DNA from: an uncultured Methanosarcinales archaeon
Lineage (GTDB): Archaea > Halobacteriota > Methanosarcinia > Methanotrichales > Methanotrichaceae
DNA length: 64,000 bases
Direction of reading: 5' to 3'
Assembly (NCBI GenBank): GCA_963843555.1
Contig: CAWJKV010000002.1
Span: forward strand, 1 to 64,000
In this document: piece by piece, positions 20,312 to 31,308 of the stretch
Layout: every line of letters starts with the position of its first letter
How positions within the stretch are numbered: position 1 is the stretch's first letter
Translations under genes and position numbers: made by a program
Notes under the pieces: model-generated
Seen by the model: the letters and a program-made list of their open reading frames with translations, nothing else
Told to the model about the DNA's origin: nothing
The model's database searches: none

Positions 20312-21922
20312 ATGAAAGCAAAGTATGGAATAGCAATAGCTTTGTGTGCCCTGATGGGGCTGGCAACGAGTTCAGAGCTGCAAAACGAGAGTTCTGGACC
20401 GCAAGCTGAGGAACTCGCAACCGGGCTACAGCAGGACACCTATAACGACAGCCCCGAGCTGAACGGGGTGCAGCGCCTGCCGGGAAAGCTGCCCCCGGAT
20501 ATGCCCGTGGACCTGCCCATTCCTGATGGAGCCAGGATCGCGGAAAGCGAGATCCAGGAAGATTCGATAATCTTTGTGATCCTGGATGTCCCCATGACAC
20601 CGGATCTGACTCTGGACTTTTACCGGAAGCGTTTGACATCTCAAGACTGGACGGAGATTCCAGGGATGAACCGGGGGTTTGTAGAACAAGGTGTTTTCAG
20701 CGTGAATTTCTGCCAGGGTCCCAATAATTCCTCGCTGATAGTCACCGCTACTCCTCAGGAAAATGGAACTGACCTCTGTATTAGCGTCATGAGCGACACT
20801 GATTATTCATTCTGCTCACAGGGCCCGAGCTTCTTGGATGACTGGCTGATGCCAATTCCCATGCTGACTGGACCCAACGGAACCAGGATGCTCTACGCGG
20901 AATCCATGGGCGGTCCCGACAGTATGCAGGCGGTCTCGGCAACTCTGGAGACGGAGATGAACAGTTCCTCTCTGACGGACCATTATGCCGATCAGCTCAA
21001 GGCAGCCAACTGGACAATGATAGGCGCAGACGAGAGCGGTCCCTCCTCCTGGAGCTCTTGGAGCTACAATAATGAGGATGGCCGGGCCTGGGACGGTTTC
21101 TTGATGGCTCTGGAGCTTCCCGGGACTGATGAGAAACAGAGGTTCGTCTTAATGCAGGCCACCTATAACTACAGCCTCGAGCTGGACGGGGTACAGCCCC
21201 TGCAGGAAAATCTGTCCCAGGATATGCCCCTGGACCTGCCTATTCCTGAGGGTGCCAGGATCGTGACAAATGAGATCGAGGAAGAAACAGGAATCCTTGT
21301 GATTCTGGATGTCCCCCTGACACCGGAGCTGACTTTGGATTTCTATCGGGAGCGTCTGGCCTCTCAAAACTGGACGGTGATCGAGATTCCAGGCATGAAC
21401 CAAGGATTTGTAGAACAAGGTGTTTTCAACAAGGCGTTCTGCCAGGGTCTCAAGAATTCCTCGATGGCACTTACCGCTACTCCTCAGGAAAATGGAACTT
21501 ACCTCAGTATGAGTATCATGAGTGATCCTGATTATTCATTTTGCTCACAGGGACCGAGCTTCTTCGGTGACTGGCTGAATCCAATTCCAATGCTGACTAT
21601 ACCCAACGGAACTATGATGTTCAACCCGAACTCCATGGGCGGTCCAAACAGTACGCAGGCGGTCTCGGCAACTCTGGAGACGGAGATGAACAGTTCCTCT
21701 CTGACGGCCTATTATGCCGATCAGCTCAAGGCAGCCAACTGGACAATGATGAGCGAAGGTGAGAGCGGTCTCTCTTCCTGGAGCATCTGGAGCATCGAGG
21801 ATGAGAATGGCCGGGCCTGGCAAGGTTTCTTAGTGGCTCTGGAACTTCCTGGAACTGATGGGAAGCAGAAGTTCGTCCTAATGCAGGCCAACATGTTGGA
21901 GAATTACTTCTTGAATGTATGA
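20312..21922 (+). CDS. Secreted protein made of two tandem repeats of about 241 aa
   Basis: Signal peptide; nucleotide-level repeat units about 20438-21160 and 21161-21889. Confidence 0.85.
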   Translation: MKAKYGIAIALCALMGLATSSELQNESSGPQAEELATGLQQDTYNDSPELNGVQRLPGKLPPDMPVDLPIPDGARIAESEIQEDSIIFVILDVPMTPDLTLDFYRKRLTSQDWTEIPGMNRGFVEQGVFSVNFCQGPNNSSLIVTATPQENGTDLCISVMSDTDYSFCSQGPSFLDDWLMPIPMLTGPNGTRMLYAESMGGPDSMQAVSATLETEMNSSSLTDHYADQLKAANWTMIGADESGPSSWSSWSYNNEDGRAWDGFLMALELPGTDEKQRFVLMQATYNYSLELDGVQPLQENLSQDMPLDLPIPEGARIVTNEIEEETGILVILDVPLTPELTLDFYRERLASQNWTVIEIPGMNQGFVEQGVFNKAFCQGLKNSSMALTATPQENGTYLSMSIMSDPDYSFCSQGPSFFGDWLNPIPMLTIPNGTMMFNPNSMGGPNSTQAVSATLETEMNSSSLTAYYADQLKAANWTMMSEGESGLSSWSIWSIEDENGRAWQGFLVALELPGTDGKQKFVLMQANMLENYFLNV

Positions 21923-21988
21923 AGTTTAAATATTTTTTAATTTTTCCCAATTGGTCTGCTGACGGCACTGGGATTCCGTGCAGCAACC

Positions 21989-22322
21989 CGTGATCGGGAT
22001 TTGCCTCTTGTGAAGAGACAGATCCTTTCGCCGCACGCCAATCGCCGAGTGTGGGGTTATAGCGATGAAAAGATCGAATCCCCTGTTGCAGCTCGCATTT
22101 TCTGGAATTCTGGTATCTACGATCATGGGCCAGGGTTATACGATGCCGATCCTATTGGTATGATTTCGATCATCTTTTTTCAGAAGAGGAGTCCGGCCTT
22201 GGCAGTTCGGCCGGAGCCCAACGACAGGCGGATGAACGGTAAAGGAGGTCAATCACTTTTCTGTCGCTATTCCTGAGATTAGGATATAACCTGTTAATAA
22301 GCTTTTTGTATTTCGTAGCAAT
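21989..22322. repeat. Copy 2 of dispersed direct repeat (core 22176-22322)
   Basis: See copy 1 at 14938-15352. Confidence 0.9.
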
Positions 22323-22362
22323 AAGGCACTTGGTGAGTGCACTGGCGCGTTATCCGCCCATC

Positions 22363-23158
22363 TCAGTCATCCTCATAAATCGGCTTCTCCGGCACCAGGT
22401 AGATGGTCCAGAAGACCAGGAGGGTTATTATGGCCTTTACTATGATGATTGGTCCAGATCATCTGCTGCAGGCCTGCAGCTCCCACTATCCCCGCAAAAG
22501 CGATGAGGGGAAAGAGCAGGCTGTCCACAGGGATGGAGACGGCATTGGAGGCGAAGACCCGCGTCCACTGCGGCCAATTTCGCCGTTTCCCGCGCGTCCA
22601 GAGGTGATAGACCTTGGTATCGATCAGCTCGGCCAGCAGCGCCGTCAGTATGGAGCCTATGACGATCCTCATCTGCAGGGAGAATATCGATTGCCACCCA
22701 GAGCCCGAGGTGTCTATGATGCCGAAGAGGAACGCCCAGGCCGTCTGGCCTCCGCTATTTGCCCAATCCGTTTGGGCGGGCAGCAGAACCACCAGTTGAA
22801 AATAGAGAGCGGCGAGCAGGTTGAAGCCCGCCGCCAGCCAGATGGTGGTTATGGCCGCCTTTTGGCCGAGCTGCTTATGGATCAGGTCCCGCCAGGTGAA
22901 GGTCAGGGAATATATGAAACCGGCATCCATGACCAGGCTGCCGAAATAGGTGACCTTGGTGGCGGCAATGTTTCCTGCCAGCGAGAAGAAAAGGTACAGC
23001 CCGCAGAGAATTATGGTGGCCTGAGTCTTGTCGATGCGGAGTCTGCCGCCCAGGAGCCCATTTCTGTCCGGTTTGCCTATGTCTTCTGGCTCCTGTACAT
23101 TCGCTTCCTGGCTCTGCTGCTGTCTTTGTCTGCGATCTGCTAAATCGTTCTCAGCCAT
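22363..23158 (-). CDS. yhhQ: Queuosine precursor transporter (QPTR/YhhQ, VUT family); frameshift near 22445
   Basis: NIAATK, YSLTFTWRDLIH..G, RIVIGSILT.L.AEL.DT.VY, W.RV.ASN.VS.P.DS.LF..IAF. Confidence 0.85.
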
Positions 23159-24558
23159 TTATTCTTGAGTTCCATAAAAGTCCCTGCTCTTATGCTTTCC
23201 CTAAGATCTCTCCATGAAGCGGAGCATGAAATGGAGATTATGAATCGTTGCTAACCGGAAATAGGAGAGCTCCCCGCAGACGTAAAGATGGCGAAGATAG
23301 GCTCGCGAGTAGGTGCGGCAGGTCGAGCAGCTGCAGTTGGGGTCGAGGGGCAGCTCATCTTCTTTGAATTTAGCTGACTTTATATTTATGTGGAACTTGT
23401 TCTGCAAGCGATCCGCCCGATTCCGGCGAGAGGAAGAGGCTTCCCCTGCGAGCGATTCTCGTCGGCGAGACGCAGTCGAAGGTATCGATTCCTCTGGCTA
23501 CGCATTCAAAGATGTCGTCTATCTCCCCTATCCCCAGGAGATGGCGCGGCCGGTCGTCCAATCTGGGAACCGTCCAGTCCAGAACCTGATGCATATCTTG
23601 CTTGCTGTTTCCCAGAGATCCGCCGATGGCGATGCCGTCAAAGGATTGGGATGCGATGGCTTCGGTGCTCATGCCGCCGCAGGTCCTCAAACCAACCGCC
23701 CTGGATTATGCCGTAGATGGCCTGGTTTTTGTCGTGATACCGAATGGACTGATCCGCCCAATCATGGGTTCGCAGCATGGCTTTCTTGGTGTATTCGTAG
23801 TCGGAGAGGGGAGAAGTACATTCGTCAAAAGCCATGATGATGTCGGAATCGAGATTGGACTGAATTTTCATCGACTTTTCCGCATTCAAGAAATGCCAGG
23901 CTCCGTCGGCCATGGACTTGAAGGAGATGCCGTCGTCAGTGATCCTGGTCAGATTCTCCTTCTTCACTATTTTTGGACCTTTCTTGGCAATCTCTCGGGA
24001 CCTTTTGCTCCCTTCGCTGCTCTCACCATAGTCCCTTCTGTAATTCGATTTATAAATCTCGCAGAAGTCAGTTGTGTCCTGACAATCGCCATCTTCTGAA
24101 CACTCACTGAGAGGCTGTTTTAAATCGTGCTGGTTTGAATTGCCCCCCCCTTCTGGAAGAGACTCTTTTTTCTCTTCGCCCGCGGGGCAGGAGAGCTCCT
24201 GCGGGAAGATGTTACCGATCTTGCTGATGTTGTGCTCTCTTCCAAAGCCCAGAGAGAAGGCCTGAAAGCCGCCCGAGTCGGTAAACAGCGGCCCGGCAAA
24301 TCCCATGAACCTGTGCAGCCCGCCCAGCCGTTTGATCAGCTCGTCTCCCGGCTTCAGGTGAAGATGGTAGGTGTTGGCAAGAGCGCACTGGACGCCCAAA
24401 GATGCCAGATCGTCTGAGCCAAGAGCTCGCACGCTTCCCAGGGTTGCCACCGGCACCAGATAGGGCGTCTCGATATCTCCGCGCCTGGTTCTTATCAGCC
24501 CGAGCCTGGCCTGAGTCTCTTTATCCTGGTCAAGGATTTCAAAAGAAAATCTATTCAT
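23140..24558 (-). CDS. tgt: Bacterial-type tRNA-guanine(34) transglycosylase; about 3 frameshifts
   Basis: [62 protein letters not shown], Zn site [18 protein letters not shown]; no PUA extension. Confidence 0.9.
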
Positions 24559-24756
24559 TTCATATTACCTGATCTGATCCCTGGTTTCATGACTCATGTG
24601 CCATGTTGTTTATGGACTTTATGGCATTGCACTTCCTGACCATTCTAATTCTCATGGAGTCTACGACGAACACATAAATTGTGTCTAAAGGTTCCATTTT
24701 GCCAAACGCCAAATCCTTAATATCAGGAGAGTATTGGGACTAATGGTGATTTTCTC

Positions 24757-25197
24757 ATGTCAAAAAGCCAACGCATTGTGCTGCTATTTCTTGCGCTATC
24801 AATTCTCTCGATCTCGGCTATGGCCCAGAGCTCGAATTATAGCGTGAACCTATCTGCAAACAAGTTCCTGGGCAGCTATCTTGTTAACCAGAGCGGCTTT
24901 GCCCTTTACTACCTATGCAAGCGACAGAAGATGCCAACGGCGCCAGCGCCTGCTATGATGCATGTGCCAACACGTGGACGCCATTTTATGCAGAAAGGAT
25001 AACCTCACCGGACGGTCTGAATCCCGCGGACTTTGCCACCATAACCAGAACCGACGGATCAAGGCAGACGACCTATAAGGGCTGGCCGCTCTACCTCTAT
25101 TCCAGGGATCGAAGCCGCTGGCGATGTTTTCGGAAGTGGCAAAGAAAACGGCCTCTGGCACGTCGTCAGCCCGACGGATCAATCTCAGCTCTTCTGA
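24757..25197 (+). CDS. Second COG4315/Lipoprotein_15 secreted protein (frameshifted)
   Basis: GSYLVNQSGFALY, SACYDACANTWTPF, RTDGSRQTTYKGWPLYLYSRD, GLWHVV across frames. Confidence 0.8.
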
Positions 25198-25275
25198 AAT
25201 CCTGCAAGAGAAAAATATGATTGAATTGTGAGGCTTCGACTCTGAGCCTCACATCCAACTCAATCTTATCGCCTG

Positions 25276-25837
25276 CTACTTCTTTAGCGATCCTATGGTC
25301 GTCGGGATGGCAGCATAGGGAAAGATCTCAAATCCGCGGGGGAACTTGAAGCTTCTTTGGCCAAGCTCCTTATCCGCGGCCTTCAGGGCAGCGCTGTCAC
25401 TTCCCGCCGCCTGAACTCTTTTCAGGACATTGTCCGAGGACTCCTCTTCTTCCACCTGCTCCTCCACGTACCACTGCAAGAAGCACTTCGTCGCCTGCGT
25501 CGGACTCGCTCTCGGCTACGTCCACAAGCGCATGAATGAGCCCGGTCACCGCCCGCTCATGATCCCAGACGTGCTGGAAAGCCTGCAGGGGCGAGTCCCA
25601 GGAGAACTGTGGGGCTTCCACCGCCATCATCCTGGCTCTTCCGCCGGAATTTGCCACGTAGTCCAGCATCTTCATGGTATGCACCAGCTCCTCTCCCGCC
25701 TGTGCTCTCATCCAGCTGGCAAAGCCCGTCAATGCAGTCGACTCAAAATAGTAGGACATGGAGAGATAGAGATATGAGGAATACAACTCTCTATTCGCCT
25801 GCACATTCAGAGCTTCATTCATCTTTTCGCTGAGCAT
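25276..25837 (-). CDS. ftn: Ferritin (frameshift near 25500)
   Basis: LNVQANRELYSSYLYLSMS, QAGEELVH, HERAVT, LQWYVEEQVEEE. Confidence 0.9.
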
Positions 25838-25880
25838 GGCAACACTCCTTGTATTTCATATCCGCAATATTCATCCGAAG

Positions 25881-26042
25881 CTATTCCATCTTCTTGAACA
25901 TCTCTTTTCCCACGCCACATTCCGGACAGGTCCAGTCGTCGGGCAGGTCTTCGAAGGCTGTTCCTGGAGCGATGCTGGAAGCCGAATCTCCCTTCTCTGG
26001 ATCGTAGATGTATCCACAGACTGTGCAGACGTACTTGTCCAT
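25881..26042 (-). CDS. Rubredoxin (53 aa; not in ORF track)
   Basis: [44 protein letters not shown]. Confidence 0.95.
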   Translation of the reverse strand: MDKYVCTVCGYIYDPEKGDSASSIAPGTAFEDLPDDWTCPECGVGKEMFKKME

Positions 26043-26045
26043 TTT

Positions 26046-26933
26046 TCACTCACCACTTATCTTTCTTAGACTTCGATCTAAATAAAATCTTCCAGCGCGT
26101 GCCGCTATCTTTGCATCTCTCTCGGCAAGATTCGGCTTGAATTCAAGGAAGGCCTGGTCCAGCCGGGGCGCATCAATCTCGTAGAACTTGCCGAGGGGAA
26201 TGGGTTTTTCAAGGCTGTCATAGTTCCAGGAGCGGATGATCTTCTGGGCCTCTTCAAAGCTGCCGGTATTGTTTCCCTGCACCTCGTAGGTCATCTTGTT
26301 GTAGCCTCGTACAGGTTGAAGTAGGATACACAGACCTGGAGCACATCCACAAAAGAGAAGCCCTTATGCAATATCGCTTCGCGGAAGAGCTTCTGCAGTT
26401 GTTCAATGCCGTGCGTGTAGCCCCGGGCGATAAAAGAGGCTCCACTGGCAAGCATCAGATCGGGTGGGTTCAGGGGATGCTCAGCTGAGCCCGCGGGCGT
26501 GGACTTGCCTTTGAAGCCCAGCGGCGACGTCGGCGTGTACTGGCCGGTGGTCAAGCCGTAGACGCGGTTGTCGTGCAGGATCAGGGTTATGTCGATGTTC
26601 CTCTTGGCCGCGAAGATGAGATGGTCCAGTCCCTCGGCCAGGCTGTCGCCGTCTCCCGAGAAGCAGATAACCTTCAGATCGGGATTGGCAAGCTTAATGG
26701 CCGTGGCTACAGGCAATCGTCCGGCCGTGGATGGAATAGAAGCTGTTCACATTCATGTAATCCACGATCTTGCCGTGGCAGCCGATACCGGAGACCAGAA
26801 CGACCTTCTCTATGGGGAAGCCTTCTTCGTCCAGCTGTGCCAGAACAGTCCTCATGGCGCTGAGGATGGAGAAGTTGCCGCAGCCGGGACACCAGGTGTT
26901 CTTGGCTGAGGTATTGAGATCTTTAGGATTCAT
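26046..26933 (-). CDS. 2-oxoacid:ferredoxin oxidoreductase beta subunit (frameshifted)
   Basis: NTWCPGCGNF, SGIGCHG, IHGR, GDGD TPP motif, NRVYGLTTGQYTPT, LQVCVS. Confidence 0.9.
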
Positions 26934-28619
26934 GCCTGTTCCTCCCTGCCTTTACCGTTCCAGCTCAGAATTCAGGTCGTCTAACGAAAACGGCCTTCCA
27001 TCATACTTCAAAATTCTGGTCATCGATCTTGATGCCATAGAAGCCGCACAGCCTTGCCAGCTGTGCAGTGGAGTTGCACTCGACAGCGATCAGCCTCTCG
27101 ACACCCTGCAAGGCATCCTTCAGCCTCTTTTCCGGGAACGGGCAGAGCACCAGCACCTGAACCACCTTGAGACCCAACTTTTGCGATGCCTCCATGCAGA
27201 CGCCTCTTGTTCGAACCCCAGCAGAGCAGAGCGGTTTTGCCTTTTTCATCTCCAAAGACCTTCACAGTCTCGTATCCCTCCAGATCTCTGGCCAGGGATT
27301 GACCCTTGAGCTGACGTTTGTCGCTCATCTTCCTGGTTATTTGCGGGTCCTCGGTGGTTATGCCGTGCAACATCATGCGTGTAGCTGTCCGACTTGATCA
27401 CCTGCCCCTTTTGGGGAGGATAGGCCAGTGGTGAGACGCCCGTGTCCCCTGGAGCTGTAGCGGTTGTACGTCCCCTGCCCATCCCAGAGCAGGGGTGCCA
27501 CTGGCGCCTGCCTCCCCTGCAGCACTCAGGTCGAAGCTGTACTGGCCTTCGCTGACGATCTTGTCGGATAGGATGAACGCTGGAATCTGGATACTTCCAG
27601 GCCATGTTCAGGGCAACGCTTGACCAGTAGTAGGCGTCTTCCGCGTCGCCAGGTGCGACCACGAACCTGGGAAACTCGCCCTGGCCGGCATTGAGGACGA
27701 AGTGCAGATCCCCCTGGGCCGTGTAGGTGGGCAGACCCGTGGAAGGTCCCGTCCTCTGGGCCATGACGATCGCCACAGGCATCTCCGCCATGCCGGCCAG
27801 GCTGAGCCCTTCGGTCATGAGGCAAAATCCGCCGCCTGATGTTCCCACCGCCGCTTTGACTCCAGCGTAGGCGAAACCCCTGCGCCATGAGCATCACAGC
27901 GATCTCGCTCTCGGGATGGACCACCTTTAAGCCGAATTTCTGAGCCGATTTTGCCATGAAGTCCAGAATGCTTGAAGAAGGAGTCATGGGATAGGCCACG
28001 TAGGCCTCCAGACCCGGCTTTGATCAGGCCGAGGCTGATGGCCTGGTTGCCGGTCATGATGGGCTGAGGCTGCTGGTCTAGCTTATCCATGCGGCAGAAT
28101 TCAGCGGCCTGATCATAGCCCCGGCGAGCGACCTCCAGATTTTTCTCCAGCTTCTTTGGGATATGCTTTTTCAGGACCTCTTCCAGGACGAGCCAGTCGA
28201 TGCCCACAACCTTACAAAATGCGCCCAGGATGCAGCTATTCTTCATGACCGGCAGGGCTCCCGTCTCCTTCAAGATCTGAGTGACGGGAATGCTGGAGCT
28301 CTTCTGCCTGACTCCATCCACTTTCACTTTATCGGCATCGTAGATGACAAATGAACTCTCTATGAAGACGGCTTTTATGCTTCTCTACAGTCTCCTGGTT
28401 CAGGGCGATCAGAACATCGATCTGGTTCCGATGAGTACCTATCTTCTCTTTGGATGCTCTTACCAGAGAAAAGTTATGCCCACCTCTGATGAGTGAAGGG
28501 TAATCATAGTACATGTAAATGCGGTAGCCCAGACGGTTGAAGAGCCGGGCCACGGTCAATCCCGCTTCGTTTATTCCGTCACCGGCGACGCCGCCAATGA
28601 GAGTAGAGAAGTCTTCCAT
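26930..28619 (-). CDS. 2-oxoacid:ferredoxin oxidoreductase alpha(-gamma) subunit (multiple frameshifts)
   Basis: IGGVAGDG, YPSLIRGGHN, MTGNQAI, AYPMTPSS, ESEIA, TSGGGF.LMTE, QRTGPSTGLPT. Confidence 0.9.
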
Positions 28620-28834
28620 CAATCCTCCATTCAAAATTTCATATTGATTATCTATTTTTCCCAGCAGAGCTGCATGGCGTTTTTATCGAACAAAACCACT
28701 TATCTCTATGCTTTATTTGTATTTAAGCTTCTTGTACTGCAACAGTACTGCAGACATTAGATAAGGGTCTGAACTATTATCCTGCCTTCCGGAATCGATA
28801 TTTTAAAGTAGTTTCCACTCCATAATCAAGCATA

Positions 28835-29398
28835 ATGCAGAATGCTGAAACGAAGTTAGAGAGCAAGAAAAGGGCAATGGTTCTTCCAGATAGAGCTGGC
28901 TTTTCCGTATGGATAGCTGTGGCCGCAGTCGCATTCTTAGCTTTGCAGGCGGTAGTCGTAGTCGCATCGGCTCATGAGACCGGATCTCCTCATGAAGAAC
29001 TGCCGCCGCCCTGGCCGTATCATGTTCTGCTGGTGACCACCGGATTCGTGGTTATGCTGGGAGGAATGCTCACAGCAAGATTCATGAAAGAGAAGAACTG
29101 GTGGCTGAAGACCCATAAGAGACTGGCGATATCAGGAGCGCTCTTGACGGTATCCGGGTTTATTGTAGCCGCCTACATGGTCTCGACCTATATGGAGACC
29201 TATCTGGTCATGGAACCACACGCATATCTCGGAATTTCGGCATTGGCACTGGTGGTCTTCGCTCCCATCATGGGATTCATGCAATTTCGGACGAAAGATA
29301 AAAGGATGCATATCATCCACAGATGGACCGGCCGTCTGGCCATCGCCATGGTCTTGATCAATATTGGGACCGGATGGATGATGATCAGGGCGATGTGA
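28835..29398 (+). CDS. Cytochrome b561-like membrane protein
   Basis: TM helices with spaced His (YHVLL, KTHKRL, PHAYLG, IHRWTGR). Confidence 0.7.
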   Translation: MQNAETKLESKKRAMVLPDRAGFSVWIAVAAVAFLALQAVVVVASAHETGSPHEELPPPWPYHVLLVTTGFVVMLGGMLTARFMKEKNWWLKTHKRLAISGALLTVSGFIVAAYMVSTYMETYLVMEPHAYLGISALALVVFAPIMGFMQFRTKDKRMHIIHRWTGRLAIAMVLINIGTGWMMIRAM

Positions 29399-29410
29399 TG
29401 GGAGAGAAGG

Positions 29411-29653
29411 ATGAAGGAAGATGTAACTGCAGATGCAGAGCTTGATTGCGTCGGTCTCTTCTGCCCCTTGCCTATCGCCAGGACAAAAGAGGAGATTGAG
29501 AATGTAGAGGTGGGCCAGATTTTGAAGGTGGAAGCAGACGATCCTGCTGCTGAGGAAGACATCTCCCGCTGGGCAAAGCGGGTGGGCCATGAGGTCGTCA
29601 AGCTCGATAAGTCGGGAAATATAATCACCTTCTGGATAAGAAGAAAAAAATGA
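29411..29653 (+). CDS. tusA: TusA-family sulfur carrier
   Basis: LDCVGLFCPLP, ADDPAAEEDI..W. Confidence 0.92.
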   Translation: MKEDVTADAELDCVGLFCPLPIARTKEEIENVEVGQILKVEADDPAAEEDISRWAKRVGHEVVKLDKSGNIITFWIRRKK

Positions 29654-29693
29654 TGCAATGACATGATAGAAAAGAAGAATGGTGAATTCAGGA

Positions 29694-30052
29694 TGAGCAG
29701 GATACTTTATGTTCAGACCAGCGGCCTCGATACGCCGGAGAGGCTTTACGCGCCCTTTATACTGGGCACAACCGCCAGGGCCATGGATGTTGAAGCCTCT
29801 ATCTTTTTCATGATCAAGGGCATAACCGCCATGAAGAAAGGCGAGGCAGAGAAGATCAAGATGGGCAGTTTTCCCAGCCTGAAGGATGTCATCGACCAGG
29901 CTCTGGCTGCGGGAGTCGAGATGTACATTTGCGAGCAGAGCACTCAGCTCCTGGGCATTCCCAGGGGCGACTTCATAGTTGAGGCCAAGATTGCAGGGGC
30001 AGGAACCTTGAACGACCTGGCTCTGGATGCGGACTCGGTTATCAGCTTCTAG
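29694..30052 (+). CDS. DsrE-family protein
   Basis: PERLYAPF..A.AM..IFF..G, GVEMYICEQS, AGAGT. Confidence 0.85.
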
Positions 30053-30136
30053 TGGCTTAGAGACTTAGAGATTTAGAGAGAATAGGTCTTAGCAACAGAA
30101 ATTAGGGCAGAGATTTCTGGAGGCAAGAGAAAGAAT

Positions 30137-31293
30137 ATGTGCGGAATTTACCTGGATTATCAGTCTGCATCCCCGGTGGACCCCAGAGTTCATGAATTTT
30201 CGGAGAGGTATCTATCAAGCGATTTTGGGAATCCTTCCGCCCTTCATTCTCGGGGTCTGGCCGCCAGGGCCGCCCTGGAGGAAGCGCGAATCAAGGTGGC
30301 GGAGTTGATCAATGCGGAAGGCCCGGAGAGCATTATTTTCACCGGAGGTGCGACCGAGGCCAACAACCTGGCCATCCGGGGTGCTGCCCAGAGAAACGCC
30401 GAAAAAGGCAAGAAGCTCCTGGCCAGCAGCATCGAGCACATCTCTGTTCTTAACCCCTTGAAGGATCTTGTTGAAGAGCGGCTATGAGCTCTCGCTGGTG
30501 CCGGTGGATAGCTATGGGGATCATCGATCTGGCCCGGCTGGAGTCTCTCCTCTCCAAAGAGACCGTACTTACATCGGTGATGTACGCCAACAGCGATATT
30601 GGAACCATTGAGCCCATAAGAGAAGTGAGCGACATCGTGCACGAGCGGGGCCTGTACCTGCATGTGGACGCTACCGCGGCCGCGGGCAAGATCACAGTGG
30701 ATGTGCAAAAGGAGGGCATCGACCTGCTCACCCTATCCTCAAACGATCTTTACGGGCCGCAGGGTGCGGGCGCGCTCTACGTGAAACCCGGCGTCCGGAT
30801 TCAGCCCGTCCTTTTCGGAGGCGGCCAGGAGCGCGGCCTTCGGGCTGGAACTGAGGACCTCTATGCCATTGCAGGCATGGGCGAGGCTGCCCGGCTGGCG
30901 AAGCTGGAGAAGGCTGACGAAAGCTGCGCCTGCAGGCCATAAGGGACGGACTGATCAAGGAGATCCTCAAGATTGAGGAGTCGTATCTCACCGGCCATCC
31001 CGACACAGAGGCTCCCCCACCATGCCAGCTTCCGGTTCAGCAGAATCGAGGGAGAGAGCATACTCCTGACCATGGATGCCATGTTCAACATCCAGGTATC
31101 CACGGGATCGGCCTGCTCCTCTCGCACTCTGGAGCCGTCTCATGTGCTTCTGGCCATAGGCTTAAAACATGAGCAGGCACATGGCTCCATGGTTATGACT
31201 CTCGGAAAGCAAAACAATCCCGACCAGATACCCGCAATCGTGAATGCAGCGAAAAAGACAGTAGACCGGCTGCGGGCTTTATCTCCGCTTTAA
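30137..31293 (+). CDS. iscS: Cysteine desulfurase (frameshifted)
   Basis: IYLDYQS, FGNPSALH, FTGGATEANN, IEHISV, HVDA, GGGQERGLRAGT, VSTGSACSS..PSHVL. Confidence 0.9.
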
Positions 31294-31308
31294 ACAGGTG
31301 AAAACGAA

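Noticed and set aside
23140..24558. Archaeosine TgtA or DpdA DNA-modification system
   Set aside because: The motifs are G34 bacterial-type, there is no PUA domain, and no dpd neighbours are present.
26046..31293. Programmed frameshifting in the oxidoreductase and iscS genes
   Set aside because: The shifts are too many and scattered, with no consistent slippery sites; sequencing error is simpler.
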